The translations under genes were made by a program, and so were the position numbers. A DNA stretch of 64,000 nucleotides from an uncultured Marinoscillum sp. (GTDB lineage: Bacteria > Bacteroidota > Bacteroidia > Cytophagales > MED-G16): the NCBI GenBank assembly GCA_902628365.1, contig CACOMW010000003.1, forward strand, positions 697 to 64,696, given 5' to 3'. The notes below the pieces were generated by a model, which saw only the letters and a program-made list of their open reading frames with translations, had not been told where the DNA came from and did not search any database. Positions within the stretch are counted from its first letter, which is position 1. Each line of letters begins with the position of its first letter. This document shows positions 39,401 to 50,008 of the stretch, one piece after another.

Positions 39401-42400
39401 TCCTCCTCCTGTATCAGTATTTCCAATAATAATTTTATTTATAGCCATACATTGAATGGTATTTATATTTTGAGTAACATGTACCCAATTAGGCTTAGTG
39501 TTATCCATATATTGCAATACATCTTCTCTTTGACCTGATAATGTTTCTGCTGTTAATACAATTGTTCCATTTTCTAAGATTAATCTCGGATTACCTTCAC
39601 CTTCTAATGGCTCCCAAGTTCCATCTTGATCCAAATCAAACTTACCACCCTGATTGAATTGATCTTGATTTTGCCAATGTAGAATATTAAAATAAAGTAA
39701 TAAATCATTATCAAAATATATTTGAAGCCCCTCATCAAAAGATTCTAATTCTAGAGATAGTCTACAATTATCATAATTAATATTTTGTTGCATGAACTTT
39801 CTGATATTAAGAGTATCTAGTATTTCTCCACCATTAGGCTTATCAACATTTATTCTTTTTACACCTATTGGTATTTTTCTCATAATAACTCCAGCAACTC
39901 CCCCTCCTCCTTGTTGAGGTTCAATTAAAATAGATTTATCAACTGAAAGATTAACTCTTGGCTCATTTTCATTAATTATTGTAATTGTTTCTCTCTGTAC
40001 ACCATCTTCAATACCATTTGCAATTTGATCTATATCTAAAATAACTGTTTCATCTAACTCAACTAAATTATCAGCAATTGCAGTAATTGTAATGGATCCA
40101 GTAGTTTGACCAGAAGGTATAAATATTTGAGTTGAAGACATATTGTAATCAGCACCTCCAACTGCTGCGGTACCTGAAGCAGCTAAAGTGATCGTAACTC
40201 CTAAATTATTTTGATTTGAAGGGTTACTAAGCGTAGCAGTGGCAACAGAAACCCCTCCAGCTTCTGCAATGCTCGTATTATTTACTGATAATGTTACAAG
40301 AGGAGGATCATCATCTCTTATAGTTATTGTTTCTTGTTGTGTCCCTACTTCAACTGCATTAGTTACCTGATCAATGTCTGCAATTATTGTTTCATCAGGT
40401 TCATCTATATTATCATCAACTGAAGTTACAGTGACAACAGCAGACAGTTGACCTGCAGGAATTGTTATTGTAGTTGAGGAAATAGTATAATCCACTCCTC
40501 CTCCAGATGCAGTACCCGAAATAACAAGGTTTACAGTAACATCTCTTGAAGATGCACGATTTATAGTTGCTTTCAATGTTGATACATCAGCATCCTCTCC
40601 CATAACTGCATTTACTAATGACAACTGAACTGTCGGAGTATCATCGTCATCTGTAATGGTTATTGTTTTTTGTTGAGTCCCATTTTCTGTACCATTTGTT
40701 ACCTGGTCAATATCTAAAATGATTGTTTCATCTATTTCGTCAATATTATCTTGAACTGCAGTGACTGTAGTCACTACATTAATTTGTCCAGCGGGTATCG
40801 TAAAAGTATTAGAAGGAATAGAATAATCTGCTCCCCCACCTGTAGCAGTACCAGAGGCAGCTAAAGTTATTGTAACTGGTAATGATGATACTGAACTTAA
40901 AATCAATGTTGTAGAAGTTGCACCACCGTTTTCTTCAATTGTTGCAGTATTGCTTCCGAAACTTACAGTTGGAGGATCATCGTTGTCCAAGATGGTTACC
41001 GTCTTTTGTTGTGTTCCGGCCTCAACTGCATTATTAACTTGATCTATATCTATGATTACCGTTTCATCAGGTTCATCAATAAGATCCTCTACTGCAGTAA
41101 CTGTTGTAGTTCCTGTAGTTTGTCCTGCTGCAATCGTAATCGTGTTTGATGCTAAAGTATAGTCCGCACCTCCTCCAGTAGCCGTTCCACTAGCAGCCAA
41201 AGTAACTGTTACATCTGCGTTATGAACCGCTGAAAGTGTTGTTGTAACAGTAGAAACTGCACCATTTTCACCAATAGAAGCTGCACTTACAGAAAGCGTT
41301 ACCGTTGGCACTTCAACAATTGTTAAAGTAATATCTTCAGTGGTTGCCAGGCGATTTACTGTTCCCCATCCACCTAATCCCTCATTAAATGCAGGCCATA
41401 CATTTGGATTACTATAATTATTATTACCCCAGGGCTTTCCACCACTGTTCTCTGTAAAATGCGGAAATTCGTTAACCTTATCTTGGTAATGACCAATCCA
41501 TCTGTTGTTTATTTTAGATTCTATCCAAGTGTATTCTTCTATAGTTGTAACTTCTGCTAAATAGCCCCCTTTTGATATTGCATAATCTCTCGCATCTGTC
41601 CAATTTTTTGTATCACTACAATCAAAATAGCTATGCCCTTGATATACACCTAAATGAGTATAACAAGATCCAGCAATATTAGTAATATTTGGATTATCTA
41701 GTTCCATAACGTGTCCCCTTTTTATGTTGTTTCTAAGGGGAAGATCATTCCAATAGATATCACCTCGTATTTCAACAACATCTTCACCTCCTGAATTATT
41801 TGGTTCACCAGAAGGCCAACTATGAAAAGGAACAGCCCTAATTATTACTGTTTCGTTATCATCATTAGCATTATCAGCAACTCCAGTAATGGTAAAAGAT
41901 CCAGTGCTACTTCCTTGAGGTATGGTTATTGTCATCCCCGTTTCACCATTTCCAGTTTTAATACTTGAATTTGATCCAGCAGCAAAAGAATAATCGGTTC
42001 CAAGGGTTGAACTTGCTGTACCACTAGCATATATGGTAAGTGCAATATCTTGTTTTGCTGGATTTGCAACTGTAGCAGTTACAGTTACCACTCCACCAGC
42101 TTCAGCAACCGTTGGAGAGCTAAGAGTTAAGGTTACCTTCTGAGAATCATCATCTGTGATAGTAATAGTTTTCTGCTGCGTTCCATTTTCAGCTGCGTTC
42201 ACTACATAATCGATATCTAATATTACAGTTTCACTTCCTTCTCCAATAATATCCTGAACTGAAGTAACCGTTGTCGTTCCAGTAGTTTGTCCTGCAGGTA
42301 TTGTAATGCTAGTAGAAGCCAAATTGTAATCCACACCCCCTCCTGTTGCCGTACCTGAAGTGGCAAGACCAACTGTGACGTTATTAGCAAGCGTTGAGCT

Positions 42401-43738
42401 TAAAGTTGCTGTTACAGTAGAAACCACACCATTTTCACCAATTGAAACTGGATTTACTGAAAGTGTTACAGTAGGAAGAGCAATTCCCCAAACTTGGACG
42501 CTTCCTTTTCCTCCATTCCACTGAAAATTTCCAATTGCTACTCTATTTCCTAAATCATTAAGTTGAACAGAATTTCCAAATTTGGCACCGCTTACTGCGT
42601 CTTCAATATCAGAAACGAAAAGAACCCAAGCAGTACCATTCCATTGAAATACCCTTACTTCACCTTTTGCTGCATTTGCTTCTGGAGCTCCTATTGCAAG
42701 TTTTGTTCCATCAGCATTTAATGAAACTGAATAGCCACTTTCATCTCCTGCCGCCTGACCATCAATATCTGCCCCCATTTGAGCCCAAGCATTTCCATTC
42801 CATTTAAATACTCTTGTGTGTCCTTTATCATTATCATGAGCTTTGGCTCCAACAGCCAACGTGTTTCCATCTTTACTTAGTGAAACTGAATACCCAAAAC
42901 CATCATTTGCAGCAACCCCATCAAGATCAGATCCCATTTGGTCCCATGAATTCCCATTAAGTTTGTATACCCTTACATGACCTTTTGCTCCGTCATGTCC
43001 CGTAGCTCCAACAGCTAGAATAGTTCCATCTCCATTTAAATCTATAGCAGATCCAAAAATATCACCATTTGCAATCCCAACAATATCTGCACCGAGTTGA
43101 GGCCAATTATTTCCATCTTTTTTGTATACTCTTACTAATCCTTTTTTATTATTTGAACTACCAGTATTACTATTATCGCCAATTGCTCCACTCGCTACTA
43201 CTGTTCCATCGTCATTAATTGCGACACTATAACCAAATTTATCTCTAGTTCCTGTACCACTAATTGATTTTTGTAAAGAAAAAGCAGATGGATTCCAAAT
43301 TTGATGAAAAGTACCTACTTTATAAATGTAAATGTATCCTGTCTTAGGGTTTGATACCCAAGAGCCTCCAATAAATGTTTGTCCGTCATTACTGATTGCA
43401 GCTGCTCTACCAAAATTTTCAGAATTATTACCAGCTCCTACCATCCCTCCTCCTGGATTTGGTTTTTTAGCCCAATCATTACCATCCCATTCTTTTATTG
43501 TCAACGACCCACAACCAGAAACACAATTAGATCGAGTAGAATAAGGCGCGCTAAAAAATACTATATTACCATCACCACTAATTCCTGTTTGCCATCCAGC
43601 TTGCCAATTTGCTCCACCCCCATTGATACTAGATCCAAGTCTTGCCCAAGTTTGAGCTTGAGAAAAAGAATGATATGATGATAAAAAACTAATTATCATC
43701 GTAATTAAAAAACTATATATTTTAAATATTGAATTCAA
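36401..43738 (-). CDS. Giant T9SS type-B adhesin: FG-GAP-like beta-propeller, 9 Calx-beta-like repeats, 2 permuted C-type lectin domains, TSP3-like Asp-rich repeats, gliding-motility CTD
   Basis: Signal peptide; W.Q.G.DI.G...GD.FG.SV.L..DG..LAVGA repeats; GTA.GG.DY/ETV/TITI.DDD repeats; DxDxDGxxD; [31 protein letters not shown]. Confidence 0.9.
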   Translation of the reverse strand: MNSIFKIYSFLITMIISFLSSYHSFSQAQTWARLGSSINGGGANWQAGWQTGISGDGNIVFFSAPYSTRSNCVSGCGSLTIKEWDGNDWAKKPNPGGGMVGAGNNSENFGRAAAISNDGQTFIGGSWVSNPKTGYIYIYKVGTFHQIWNPSAFSLQKSISGTGTRDKFGYSVAINDDGTVVASGAIGDNSNTGSSNNKKGLVRVYKKDGNNWPQLGADIVGIANGDIFGSAIDLNGDGTILAVGATGHDGAKGHVRVYKLNGNSWDQMGSDLDGVAANDGFGYSVSLSKDGNTLAVGAKAHDNDKGHTRVFKWNGNAWAQMGADIDGQAAGDESGYSVSLNADGTKLAIGAPEANAAKGEVRVFQWNGTAWVLFVSDIEDAVSGAKFGNSVQLNDLGNRVAIGNFQWNGGKGSVQVWGIALPTVTLSVNPVSIGENGVVSTVTATLSSTLANNVTVGLATSGTATGGGVDYNLASTSITIPAGQTTGTTTVTSVQDIIGEGSETVILDIDYVVNAAENGTQQKTITITDDDSQKVTLTLSSPTVAEAGGVVTVTATVANPAKQDIALTIYASGTASSTLGTDYSFAAGSNSSIKTGNGETGMTITIPQGSSTGSFTITGVADNANDDNETVIIRAVPFHSWPSGEPNNSGGEDVVEIRGDIYWNDLPLRNNIKRGHVMELDNPNITNIAGSCYTHLGVYQGHSYFDCSDTKNWTDARDYAISKGGYLAEVTTIEEYTWIESKINNRWIGHYQDKVNEFPHFTENSGGKPWGNNNYSNPNVWPAFNEGLGGWGTVNRLATTEDITLTIVEVPTVTLSVSAASIGENGAVSTVTTTLSAVHNADVTVTLAASGTATGGGADYTLASNTITIAAGQTTGTTTVTAVEDLIDEPDETVIIDIDQVNNAVEAGTQQKTVTILDNDDPPTVSFGSNTATIEENGGATSTTLILSSVSSLPVTITLAASGTATGGGADYSIPSNTFTIPAGQINVVTTVTAVQDNIDEIDETIILDIDQVTNGTENGTQQKTITITDDDDTPTVQLSLVNAVMGEDADVSTLKATINRASSRDVTVNLVISGTASGGGVDYTISSTTITIPAGQLSAVVTVTSVDDNIDEPDETIIADIDQVTNAVEVGTQQETITIRDDDPPLVTLSVNNTSIAEAGGVSVATATLSNPSNQNNLGVTITLAASGTAAVGGADYNMSSTQIFIPSGQTTGSITITAIADNLVELDETVILDIDQIANGIEDGVQRETITIINENEPRVNLSVDKSILIEPQQGGGGVAGVIMRKIPIGVKRINVDKPNGGEILDTLNIRKFMQQNINYDNCRLSLELESFDEGLQIYFDNDLLLYFNILHWQNQDQFNQGGKFDLDQDGTWEPLEGEGNPRLILENGTIVLTAETLSGQREDVLQYMDNTKPNWVHVTQNINTIQCMAINKIIIGNTDTGGGSKFVTKVIGTAMSSSVLSNSANVIASIDNPISKDITVNLITDGLASNGSDYDLSSNSITISAGSLSSSTSVVMKDDGIYDTNENILVGISSVTNARATIAQPGSSQGFVMINIADAAFGAPEVSMSLDRSIISESGGVSVLTFTLDEFVSENVSISLSTSGTATGAGVDYTLLSPVIIPAGQLTTRVDVKAIEDLIDENNETVIVDISSVSNADELGTQQVAINIVDNDNPPVSLSLFVDKDTISEYNEIATVTARLSAVYDQDYNVKINLAGSATEGVDYNVDSMTITIPNGSISGSFKINSINDLIVDNSEVINVNSNNYVNWSNTHPDDAGVLQNFAYMYINRNGPWADDVDGFSAKHILEYDSLLTDLANYDYLGQYSGHSYFVSKTTSSWSDAKISAQLAGGNLAIIKSYQENKLLDTMTTKLLGNNTTPAWIGLYQDTSDSSYSEPAGGWKWIDGSYLQDIDQVSITIYDIILDNDSDGVIDRIDVDDDNDGILDEFEFTLDDDGDGIPNHFDLDVDNDGCFDVVEAGFTDGDGDGILGDSPITVDSIGRVISGVDGYTEPVDEDFNLIYDYKEKGSSISIITQPKHIRVIESKDSIVNIETISDGSAGYLWQVSKDTGKTWEFLASQTSSYYVENAHLDYNGRIFRVFVSTPSFPCGSTIESDTFTITVLPDYERDGIPDEIDLDDDNDGILDTEEGVDDFDGDGIPNYFDLDSDGDGCSDVIEAGFTDEDGDGILGNSPVEVDNEGKVIGTSDGYTIPVDNNFNGTKDYLEPGIEIEILSLFELYNFLVEFDTLVLNTGINSGDFTYEWQESKDLGLTWNTISDTLIDEVNYKGINTSELKIYPLEMYMHTYRYKLIIRNSGFVCGETIITDESILEVYDKVLHVPTGFSPNGDGINDTWRIARLQIYPNNIVKLFNRWGEKVYEKKGYYNEWDGTNMFNSFSSNNIPFLSTLDASPKNTVGNKLPEGTYYYIIDLGDGSDIIKGYVYIKR
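37080..37950 (-). repeat. Intragenic duplication of the Asp-rich TSP3-like unit
   Basis: [41 protein letters not shown] occurs twice, about 600 nt apart, with visible DNA identity (ccatcacc.tct.catctgtaaaaccagcctcta.tacatca). Confidence 0.8.
37975..42480 (-). repeat. Nine tandem ~110-aa Calx-beta-like repeats in the adhesin
   Basis: Recurrent PTV.LSV....I.E.GG.S.VTATLS...SGTA.GGG.DY...TI.IPAGQ...V.D.I.E.DETVI.DI...GTQQ.TITI.DDD. Confidence 0.85.
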
Positions 43739-44334
43739 CTTTTTAGTTTTATATATTCTTCAAGACCTTTTTCAGTTAAAATCCCTCTCATAAAATGATC
43801 AAAAAACTCTAACTGAACTTTTCTAAAATCATAATTTTGATAAGGAAATAAATCTTGATCGAAGGCAATTTCCATTTCTTCAATTCTAAGCTTTGAAAGA
43901 ATAATTTCATTTACTTCTTCTCTGATAAAACCCTCTTTTTTTCCTCTTTGAATATTCTCAGCTATACCTTTAAGAAATATCTTGTTTTTGTACTCTTTTA
44001 TTATATTATCTAATGTAGGATAATACTTTTTTACATCTTTAACATATAAAGGGTTAATATCATTAATTGTAGATCTAAAAAATTTAGAAAGTTTAATTGA
44101 AAATTCTATTGAATTCTTGCAGGTATTCTTTAGCCTACTAATCTCAGTAATGATACCAGAAAAATAAAAGTTTATGGATTCAGTTGCAATACTCTCTTTG
44201 TCTTGAAAATATTTATAAATAGTTTTTTTAGACATACCAAGTTCATTAGAAATATTATCCATGGTAACGCCTCTCAGACCATATGTTCTAAAAAGATTAT
44301 CAGATTTATTTATTATTTTCTGTTTTACAGTCAT
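43735..44334 (-). CDS. TetR/AcrR family transcriptional regulator
   Basis: [37 protein letters not shown]; C-terminal RGILTEKG. Confidence 0.94.
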   Translation of the reverse strand: MTVKQKIINKSDNLFRTYGLRGVTMDNISNELGMSKKTIYKYFQDKESIATESINFYFSGIITEISRLKNTCKNSIEFSIKLSKFFRSTINDINPLYVKDVKKYYPTLDNIIKEYKNKIFLKGIAENIQRGKKEGFIREEVNEIILSKLRIEEMEIAFDQDLFPYQNYDFRKVQLEFFDHFMRGILTEKGLEEYIKLKS

Positions 44335-44382
44335 TAGGAAACTATTTGAGTGTATATCGTTTCTAAAATACTAGCAAAGATA
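44334..44382 (-). promoter_or_regulatory. Putative TetR operator and -7 promoter upstream of tetR
   Basis: TTAGGAAACT-N14-CGTTTCTAAA (44334-44367) abuts the ATG; TATCTTTG on the minus strand at 44375-44382. Confidence 0.7.
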
Positions 44383-44482
44383 AGAAATCTAAACTTTTAT
44401 AAAAATCTAGTTATTTGTGAAATTTTAAGACAAAAATATGGATATGAATTAAAAAAAATTATTTTTGTTTTTTAGATGACAA

Positions 44483-47400
44483 ATGATATCATTTTTTAAA
44501 AAATCTCATAAGTTCTTTTTTGTTGTAGAGCACACAAATATTTTACAAAAATCAGATATAAATAAGCTAAAATGGCTTTTTGATAATTCAGAACTAATTA
44601 ATTCAAAATCCATAAAAGGAGATTTTATAGGACCTAGAAAAGAAATGATTACTCCATGGAGTACTAATGCTGTTGAAATAGCTGAAAACATAGGAATCAA
44701 ATCAATATTAAGAATTGAAAAACTGATAAAAAAAGAAGATAAATCTATTATTGATCCAATGTTAGAACAAACCTATAATAACCCCAACCAAAATATTTTT
44801 TATATAGAAAGAAAAGCAGAAGAAATTTTAGAAGTAAAAGATTTAAAAAAATATAATGAAAAAGAAGGATTAGCATTGAATGAAGAGGAAATTAAATATC
44901 TTGAAAACGTTAGTAAAAAAATTAAAAGAAAGCTTACTGATAGTGAAGTATTTGGTTTCTCTCAAGTAAACTCTGAACATTGTAGACATAAGATTTTTAA
45001 TGGAACTTTTATAATTAATAATAAAAAGAAGTCTGATTCTTTATTTGATCTAATAAAAAAGACATCCAAAGAAAATGAAAATGAAATTGTATCGGCATAC
45101 AAAGACAATGTTGCTTTTGTTAATGGTCCAGAAATTGAACTATTCACAACAAAAAAGAAACAAACAGCTGATTTTTATAAAATTTCAAAAATAAAATCAG
45201 TTTTATCATTAAAAGCAGAAACACATAATTTCCCTACAACAGTGGAACCATTTAGTGGAGCTGCTACAGGATCGGGAGGTGAAATAAGAGATAGGATGGC
45301 AGGTGGACAAGCTAGCTTTCCACTAGCAGGAACAGCTGTTTACATGACCTCCTACCCAAGACTTATAAAATCAAACACTTGGGAAAATAAAATAAAGGAG
45401 AGAAAATGGCTGTATCAAAGCCCTCTTGATATTTTAATAAAAGCATCAAATGGCGCAAGTGATTATGGAAATAAGTTTGGTCAACCGTTGATTTGTGGAA
45501 GTGTTTTAACCTTTGAACATGAAGAAGATAATCAATCTCATGGATACGACAAAGTAATAATGTTAGCTGGTGGAATTGGCTTTGGAAATAAAAAGAATAG
45601 TATAAAAAAGAAGATAAAAAAAGGAGATTGTATTGTAGTATTAGGAGGAGACAATTATAGAATAGGCATGGGTGGAAGTTCAGTTTCATCTGTTGCAACA
45701 GGAGAATATGGCAATAAAATTGAACTTAATGCAGTTCAAAGAGCAAATCCAGAGATGCAAAAAAGAGTTTTTAATGTAATTAGAGCACTAGGAGAAGAAA
45801 ATATTAACCCTATTCTATCTATACATGACCATGGTGCTGGAGGCCATTTAAACTGTCTTTCCGAGCTGCTAGAAGACTCAGGAGGAGTAATAAATATCAA
45901 AAATTTACCTCTAGGAGACCCCACACTCTCTGAAAAAGAGATAATTGGTAATGAGTCTCAAGAAAGAATGGGCTTAATAATCAAAAAAAAGGATTTAGAT
46001 AAGATTGCTCATATTGCTAAAAGAGAAAGATCACCTTTTTATCACGTAGGAGAAGCAACCGATGACAATAAACTTATTTTTAAAGGTATTCAGGAAAAAA
46101 ATCCTATTGATTTATCTGTCGATGATTTTTTCGGTTCATCACCAAAAACAATAATAAAAGATAAAATAATACCATGTGAGTACAAAGCTCCAAAATACCA
46201 TCAAACCAATTTGATAAAATATTTAGAAAATGTATTATCAATAGAGTCTGTTGCTTGTAAAGATTGGCTCACCAATAAAGTTGACCGATGCGTTACTGGT
46301 AAAGTTGCCAAACAACAGTGTACTGGTGAAATTCAGCTTCCTTTGAATAATGTTTCTGCAATGGCATTAGACTTTAAATCTTTAAAAGGTGTGGCTACGA
46401 GTATTGGACATGCTCCTGTAATGTCATTAATTGATGAAAAAGATGGATCTAAAATTGCTATTCTAAAGGCTTTAACTAATATTATTTGGGCCCCCCTTTC
46501 AAAAAAACTCAGTGGAATCAGCTTAAGTGCCAATTGGATGTGGCCTTGTAAAAACTTAGGGGAAGATACAAGATTATTTAATGCAGTAAAAGCAATAAGT
46601 GATTTTGCTATATCCCTTGGAATAAATATTCCTACTGGAAAAGACTCATTATCAATGACTCAAAAATATCCTGATGGAAAAGCGGTTCGATCTCCTGGAA
46701 CTGTTATCATATCAGCTATAGGAGAGGTAATCAATATCAATTCAATAATAAGTCCAAATTTGAAATACAAACTCGACTCGGAATTGGTATACATTAGTAC
46801 ATCAAAAAATTTATCTTTAGCGGGTAGCGCATTCTCACAAACTCAAGGAAACATTGGAGGTGAATTACCTAAACTTTATAATAGTGATTATATAAAAACA
46901 CTGTTTAATTGTATTCAAAAACTTATTTATAACAAAAAAATTCTATCTGGTCATGATATTTCTTCAGGTGGATTTATAACGTCTATATTAGAAATGAATT
47001 TTTCTAATGAAAATTATGGTATGGAGTTAGATTTAAACGGTTTTCAAGAAAAGGATTTAATTAAAATTTTATTTAATGAGTCACCAGGGTTAATTCTACA
47101 AGTCGATTCTAAAACAGCAAGTGAATTGAAAAACTTTAAGCTGAATGTTATCAGATTAGGAAAACCAGTATCAAATAGATCTTTGATAATCAACCATAAT
47201 TATTCTAAAATCAAACTTGATATTGATTATTTTAGAGATGTGTGGTATAAAACTTCACACTTGCTTGATAACTTTCAAACCAAGAAAGAATATAGTAAAC
47301 TTAGATTTCAGAATTATAAAAAACAACCTTTAAAATATTTGTTTCCTAAAAATTTTGATGGAAAAATTTCTAATTTGAAACTATATAATAATACAAAACA

Positions 47401-48163
47401 TTACAAAAACTCCATAAAAGCTGCTGTTATTAGAGAAAAAGGAATTAATAGCGAAAGAGAAATGGCTTACATGTTACATATTTCTGGATTTGAGGTAAAG
47501 GATATTCATATGACTGATATTGTAAATGGAAAAGAAAATTTAGAAGATATAAATATGATAGTTTTTCCTGGTGGATTTTCAAATTCTGATGTATTAGGGT
47601 CGGCAAAAGGATGGGCAGGAATATTTAAATATAATATAACTGCTAAAACTGCTATTGAAAATTTTTATAATAGAACAGATACTTTAAGTCTAGGGGTTTG
47701 CAATGGATGTCAACTAATGATGGAACTGGGATTAATTTATCCTGACCTAAAGGATGATCATCCAAAAATGAAGATGAACAAATCAAATAAATTTGAATGT
47801 ACATTTTCCGCAGTAAAAATTTTAAAAAATTCCTCTGTCATGCTAAAAAATTTATCAAATACAACTTTAGGCGTATGGTCTGCCCATGGTGAAGGAAGAT
47901 TTAACTACAAAAACAAAGATTATAATTATAATATCGCAGGAAAATTTCTTTACAATGACTATCCAGGTAATCCTAATGGATCTGATCAAAATACTGCAAT
48001 ATTATATTCCAAAGACGGAAGACATCTTTCTATGATGCCACATCTAGAAAGATCCATTTTTCCTTGGAATTGGGCATATTATGATCATAACAATAGTAAT
48101 CATGAAATAACACCCTGGATTAAAGCATTTATCAATGCTAGAAAATGGTTTGAAAGTATATAA
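44483..48163 (+). CDS. purL: Phosphoribosylformylglycinamidine synthase (large type)
   Basis: SQVNSEHCRHKIF, KAETHNFPT, HDHGAGG, GKDSLSM, GGFSNSD, GVCNGCQ, MMPHLER. Confidence 0.97.
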   Translation: MISFFKKSHKFFFVVEHTNILQKSDINKLKWLFDNSELINSKSIKGDFIGPRKEMITPWSTNAVEIAENIGIKSILRIEKLIKKEDKSIIDPMLEQTYNNPNQNIFYIERKAEEILEVKDLKKYNEKEGLALNEEEIKYLENVSKKIKRKLTDSEVFGFSQVNSEHCRHKIFNGTFIINNKKKSDSLFDLIKKTSKENENEIVSAYKDNVAFVNGPEIELFTTKKKQTADFYKISKIKSVLSLKAETHNFPTTVEPFSGAATGSGGEIRDRMAGGQASFPLAGTAVYMTSYPRLIKSNTWENKIKERKWLYQSPLDILIKASNGASDYGNKFGQPLICGSVLTFEHEEDNQSHGYDKVIMLAGGIGFGNKKNSIKKKIKKGDCIVVLGGDNYRIGMGGSSVSSVATGEYGNKIELNAVQRANPEMQKRVFNVIRALGEENINPILSIHDHGAGGHLNCLSELLEDSGGVINIKNLPLGDPTLSEKEIIGNESQERMGLIIKKKDLDKIAHIAKRERSPFYHVGEATDDNKLIFKGIQEKNPIDLSVDDFFGSSPKTIIKDKIIPCEYKAPKYHQTNLIKYLENVLSIESVACKDWLTNKVDRCVTGKVAKQQCTGEIQLPLNNVSAMALDFKSLKGVATSIGHAPVMSLIDEKDGSKIAILKALTNIIWAPLSKKLSGISLSANWMWPCKNLGEDTRLFNAVKAISDFAISLGINIPTGKDSLSMTQKYPDGKAVRSPGTVIISAIGEVININSIISPNLKYKLDSELVYISTSKNLSLAGSAFSQTQGNIGGELPKLYNSDYIKTLFNCIQKLIYNKKILSGHDISSGGFITSILEMNFSNENYGMELDLNGFQEKDLIKILFNESPGLILQVDSKTASELKNFKLNVIRLGKPVSNRSLIINHNYSKIKLDIDYFRDVWYKTSHLLDNFQTKKEYSKLRFQNYKKQPLKYLFPKNFDGKISNLKLYNNTKHYKNSIKAAVIREKGINSEREMAYMLHISGFEVKDIHMTDIVNGKENLEDINMIVFPGGFSNSDVLGSAKGWAGIFKYNITAKTAIENFYNRTDTLSLGVCNGCQLMMELGLIYPDLKDDHPKMKMNKSNKFECTFSAVKILKNSSVMLKNLSNTTLGVWSAHGEGRFNYKNKDYNYNIAGKFLYNDYPGNPNGSDQNTAILYSKDGRHLSMMPHLERSIFPWNWAYYDHNNSNHEITPWIKAFINARKWFESI

Positions 48164-48217
48164 AATAATTATTGATTATTAATTTAAACTTGTCTTTATT
48201 TATTAAAAAAATAAATC

Positions 48218-48225
48218 TACTTTTG
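48218..48225 (+). promoter_or_regulatory. Bacteroidota -7 promoter element for tRNA-Gln-prs-rplY-pth
   Basis: TACTTTTG, 23 nt upstream of the tRNA. Confidence 0.6.
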
Positions 48226-48248
48226 TAGCCTAAAATAATAAGGCATAA

Positions 48249-48321
48249 TGGCCTATGGTGTAACTGGTAACACGTCTGGTTTTGGTCCAGAAGAGTCTAG
48301 GTTCGAGCCCTAGTAGGCCAG
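48249..48321 (+). tRNA. tRNA-Gln (anticodon TTG)
   Basis: Acceptor TGGCCTA/TAGGCCA with U1-A72; anticodon arm TCTGG-TTTTGGT-CCAGA; T-arm CTAGG-TTCGAGC-CCTAG; CCA not encoded; conventional position before prs. Confidence 0.96.
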
Positions 48322-48335
48322 CAAAATAAATTGTA

Positions 48336-49268
48336 ATGAGCTCAGTAAAAATTTTTTCAGGTAAAAACTCCTTAAAACTTGCAGAGAAAATTGCATCTAG
48401 ATTTGGGAAAAGACTTGGAAAAACATCATCAGGAAAATTCAGTGATGGAGAGTTATTTTTTAGATATACTGAGACAGTTAGAGGATGTGATGTATATATA
48501 ATTCAATCTACTGTTGATAATTCAGATAGTTTTATGGAATTATTTTTAATGATCGATGCTGCCAAAAGAGCTAGTGCAAAACATGTAAATGTTGTTATCC
48601 CATATTATGGATATGCTAGACAGGATAGAAAAGATAAGCCTAGAATAACAATATCATCTAAATTAATTGCAAATCTAATTACATCAGCAGGGGCATCTAG
48701 GGTTGTATCGTGCGATTTGCATGCAGGGCAAATTCAAGGATTTTTTGATATTCCTTTAGATCATTTACATGGTAGTAGTGTTTTTGTTCCTTATCTAAAA
48801 AAACTAAAAACAAAAAAATTAATTTTTGCTTCTCCGGATGCAGGTGGAACAGAAAGAGTTAGAGACTATGCAAAATATTTTGATGTAGATTTTGTTATAT
48901 GTGATAAACACAGAAGTAAAGCTAATAAGATTAAAACAATGCAGGTAATTGGTGATGTAGAAGGTAAAGATGTTGTTTTAGTTGATGATCTAATAGATAC
49001 TGGTGGTACAATATCAAAAGCATCTAATTTAATTATGGAAAAAGGAGCAAAATCAGTTAGAGCAATTATTACACATCCAATATTAAGTGGCAATGCTGAA
49101 GAAAATATTGATTCTTCTTCTTTAAAAGAATTGGTAGTAACAGATTCAGTTCCATTAAAATTTAAAAATAAAAAAATTAAAGTATTGTCTGTAGCAGGAT
49201 TATTTGCTAAAGCAATACGTAAGATTCATGAAAATGAATCAACTAGTTCATTATTTATAAATAGATAA
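48336..49268 (+). CDS. prs: Ribose-phosphate pyrophosphokinase
   Basis: FSDGE, PYYGYARQDRK, DLHAGQIQGFF, SPDAGG, VDDLIDTGGT. Confidence 0.97.
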   Translation: MSSVKIFSGKNSLKLAEKIASRFGKRLGKTSSGKFSDGELFFRYTETVRGCDVYIIQSTVDNSDSFMELFLMIDAAKRASAKHVNVVIPYYGYARQDRKDKPRITISSKLIANLITSAGASRVVSCDLHAGQIQGFFDIPLDHLHGSSVFVPYLKKLKTKKLIFASPDAGGTERVRDYAKYFDVDFVICDKHRSKANKIKTMQVIGDVEGKDVVLVDDLIDTGGTISKASNLIMEKGAKSVRAIITHPILSGNAEENIDSSSLKELVVTDSVPLKFKNKKIKVLSVAGLFAKAIRKIHENESTSSLFINR

Positions 49269-49280
49269 ATTAAATTAATT

Positions 49281-49991
49281 ATGAAAACAATTGAGATTAT
49301 AGGGTATAATAGAGCAAATCTCGGTAAAAATGAGTCAAGGAAACTTAGAAATGAAGGTAATGTTCCTTGTGTAGTTTATGGAGGAAAAAAACAAATACAT
49401 TTTCACTCTCCAATGATTCTTTTTAGAGAACTTGTTTATTCACCGGGTGCCAATTTTATAGAATTAAATATTGAAGGTGAGAAAATCAAAGCAATCTTAC
49501 AGGATATCCAATTTCATCCAGTAAGTGATATAATTCTTCATGCTGATTTTCTTGAACTCAATGAAGATAAATCAATTAAAATGGAAATACCAGTAAGTTT
49601 TACTGGAGATGCTCCAGGAGTACGACAAGGAGGTAAAATTTTAACAAGATTGAGAAAATTAACTGTTAAATCACTTCCTAAACATATGCCTGAATTTATA
49701 GAGATAGATATAAGTGAGCTAGAGTTAGGAAAAAGTATCAAGGTAGGAGACTTAGAAGAAAAAGATTATGAAATTATAAATAGTCCGTTGGTAAATATTG
49801 TTTCAGTTAATATTCCAAGAGTAACTTTACCTACAGAGGAGGAAGAAGATGTTGAAGAAGAAGAAGGTGCAGAAGGAGAAGAAGGTACTACCGAAGGAAA
49901 AGAGCAACAACAAGAAAAGAAAGAAGGAGAAGGTGGTGATAAAAAAGATGATAAACCTGCAGAAGGTAATGAATCTGAAAAAAAGGAATAA
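49281..49991 (+). CDS. rplY: 50S ribosomal protein L25 / Ctc
   Basis: RKLRNEGNVPCVVYG, DIQFHPV..ILHADF, GVRQGG; acidic tail. Confidence 0.96.
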   Translation: MKTIEIIGYNRANLGKNESRKLRNEGNVPCVVYGGKKQIHFHSPMILFRELVYSPGANFIELNIEGEKIKAILQDIQFHPVSDIILHADFLELNEDKSIKMEIPVSFTGDAPGVRQGGKILTRLRKLTVKSLPKHMPEFIEIDISELELGKSIKVGDLEEKDYEIINSPLVNIVSVNIPRVTLPTEEEEDVEEEEGAEGEEGTTEGKEQQQEKKEGEGGDKKDDKPAEGNESEKKE

Positions 49992-50008
49992 GAATATAAT
50001 TTAATTCC

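Noticed and set aside
37975-43660. Higher GC and repetitive DNA in the adhesin, suggesting a CRISPR, mobile element or recent island
   Set aside because: The repeats are in-frame protein repeats and the GC rise is largely explained by Gly/Ala/Thr/Val content. No integrase, transposase or target-site duplication was seen.
30430-43738. Adhesin exported by the adjacent TolC-MFP system as a type I substrate
   Set aside because: It has a Sec signal peptide and a T9SS CTD, and the pump is RND-type with no ABC ATPase.
48249-48335. tRNA-Gln as an island integration site
   Set aside because: It is followed directly by prs in the conventional arrangement, and I saw no duplicated 3' end or integrase.
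49835-49991. GAA/AAA-rich low-complexity stretch
   Set aside because: It encodes the ordinary acidic tail of L25/Ctc and is not a repeat element.
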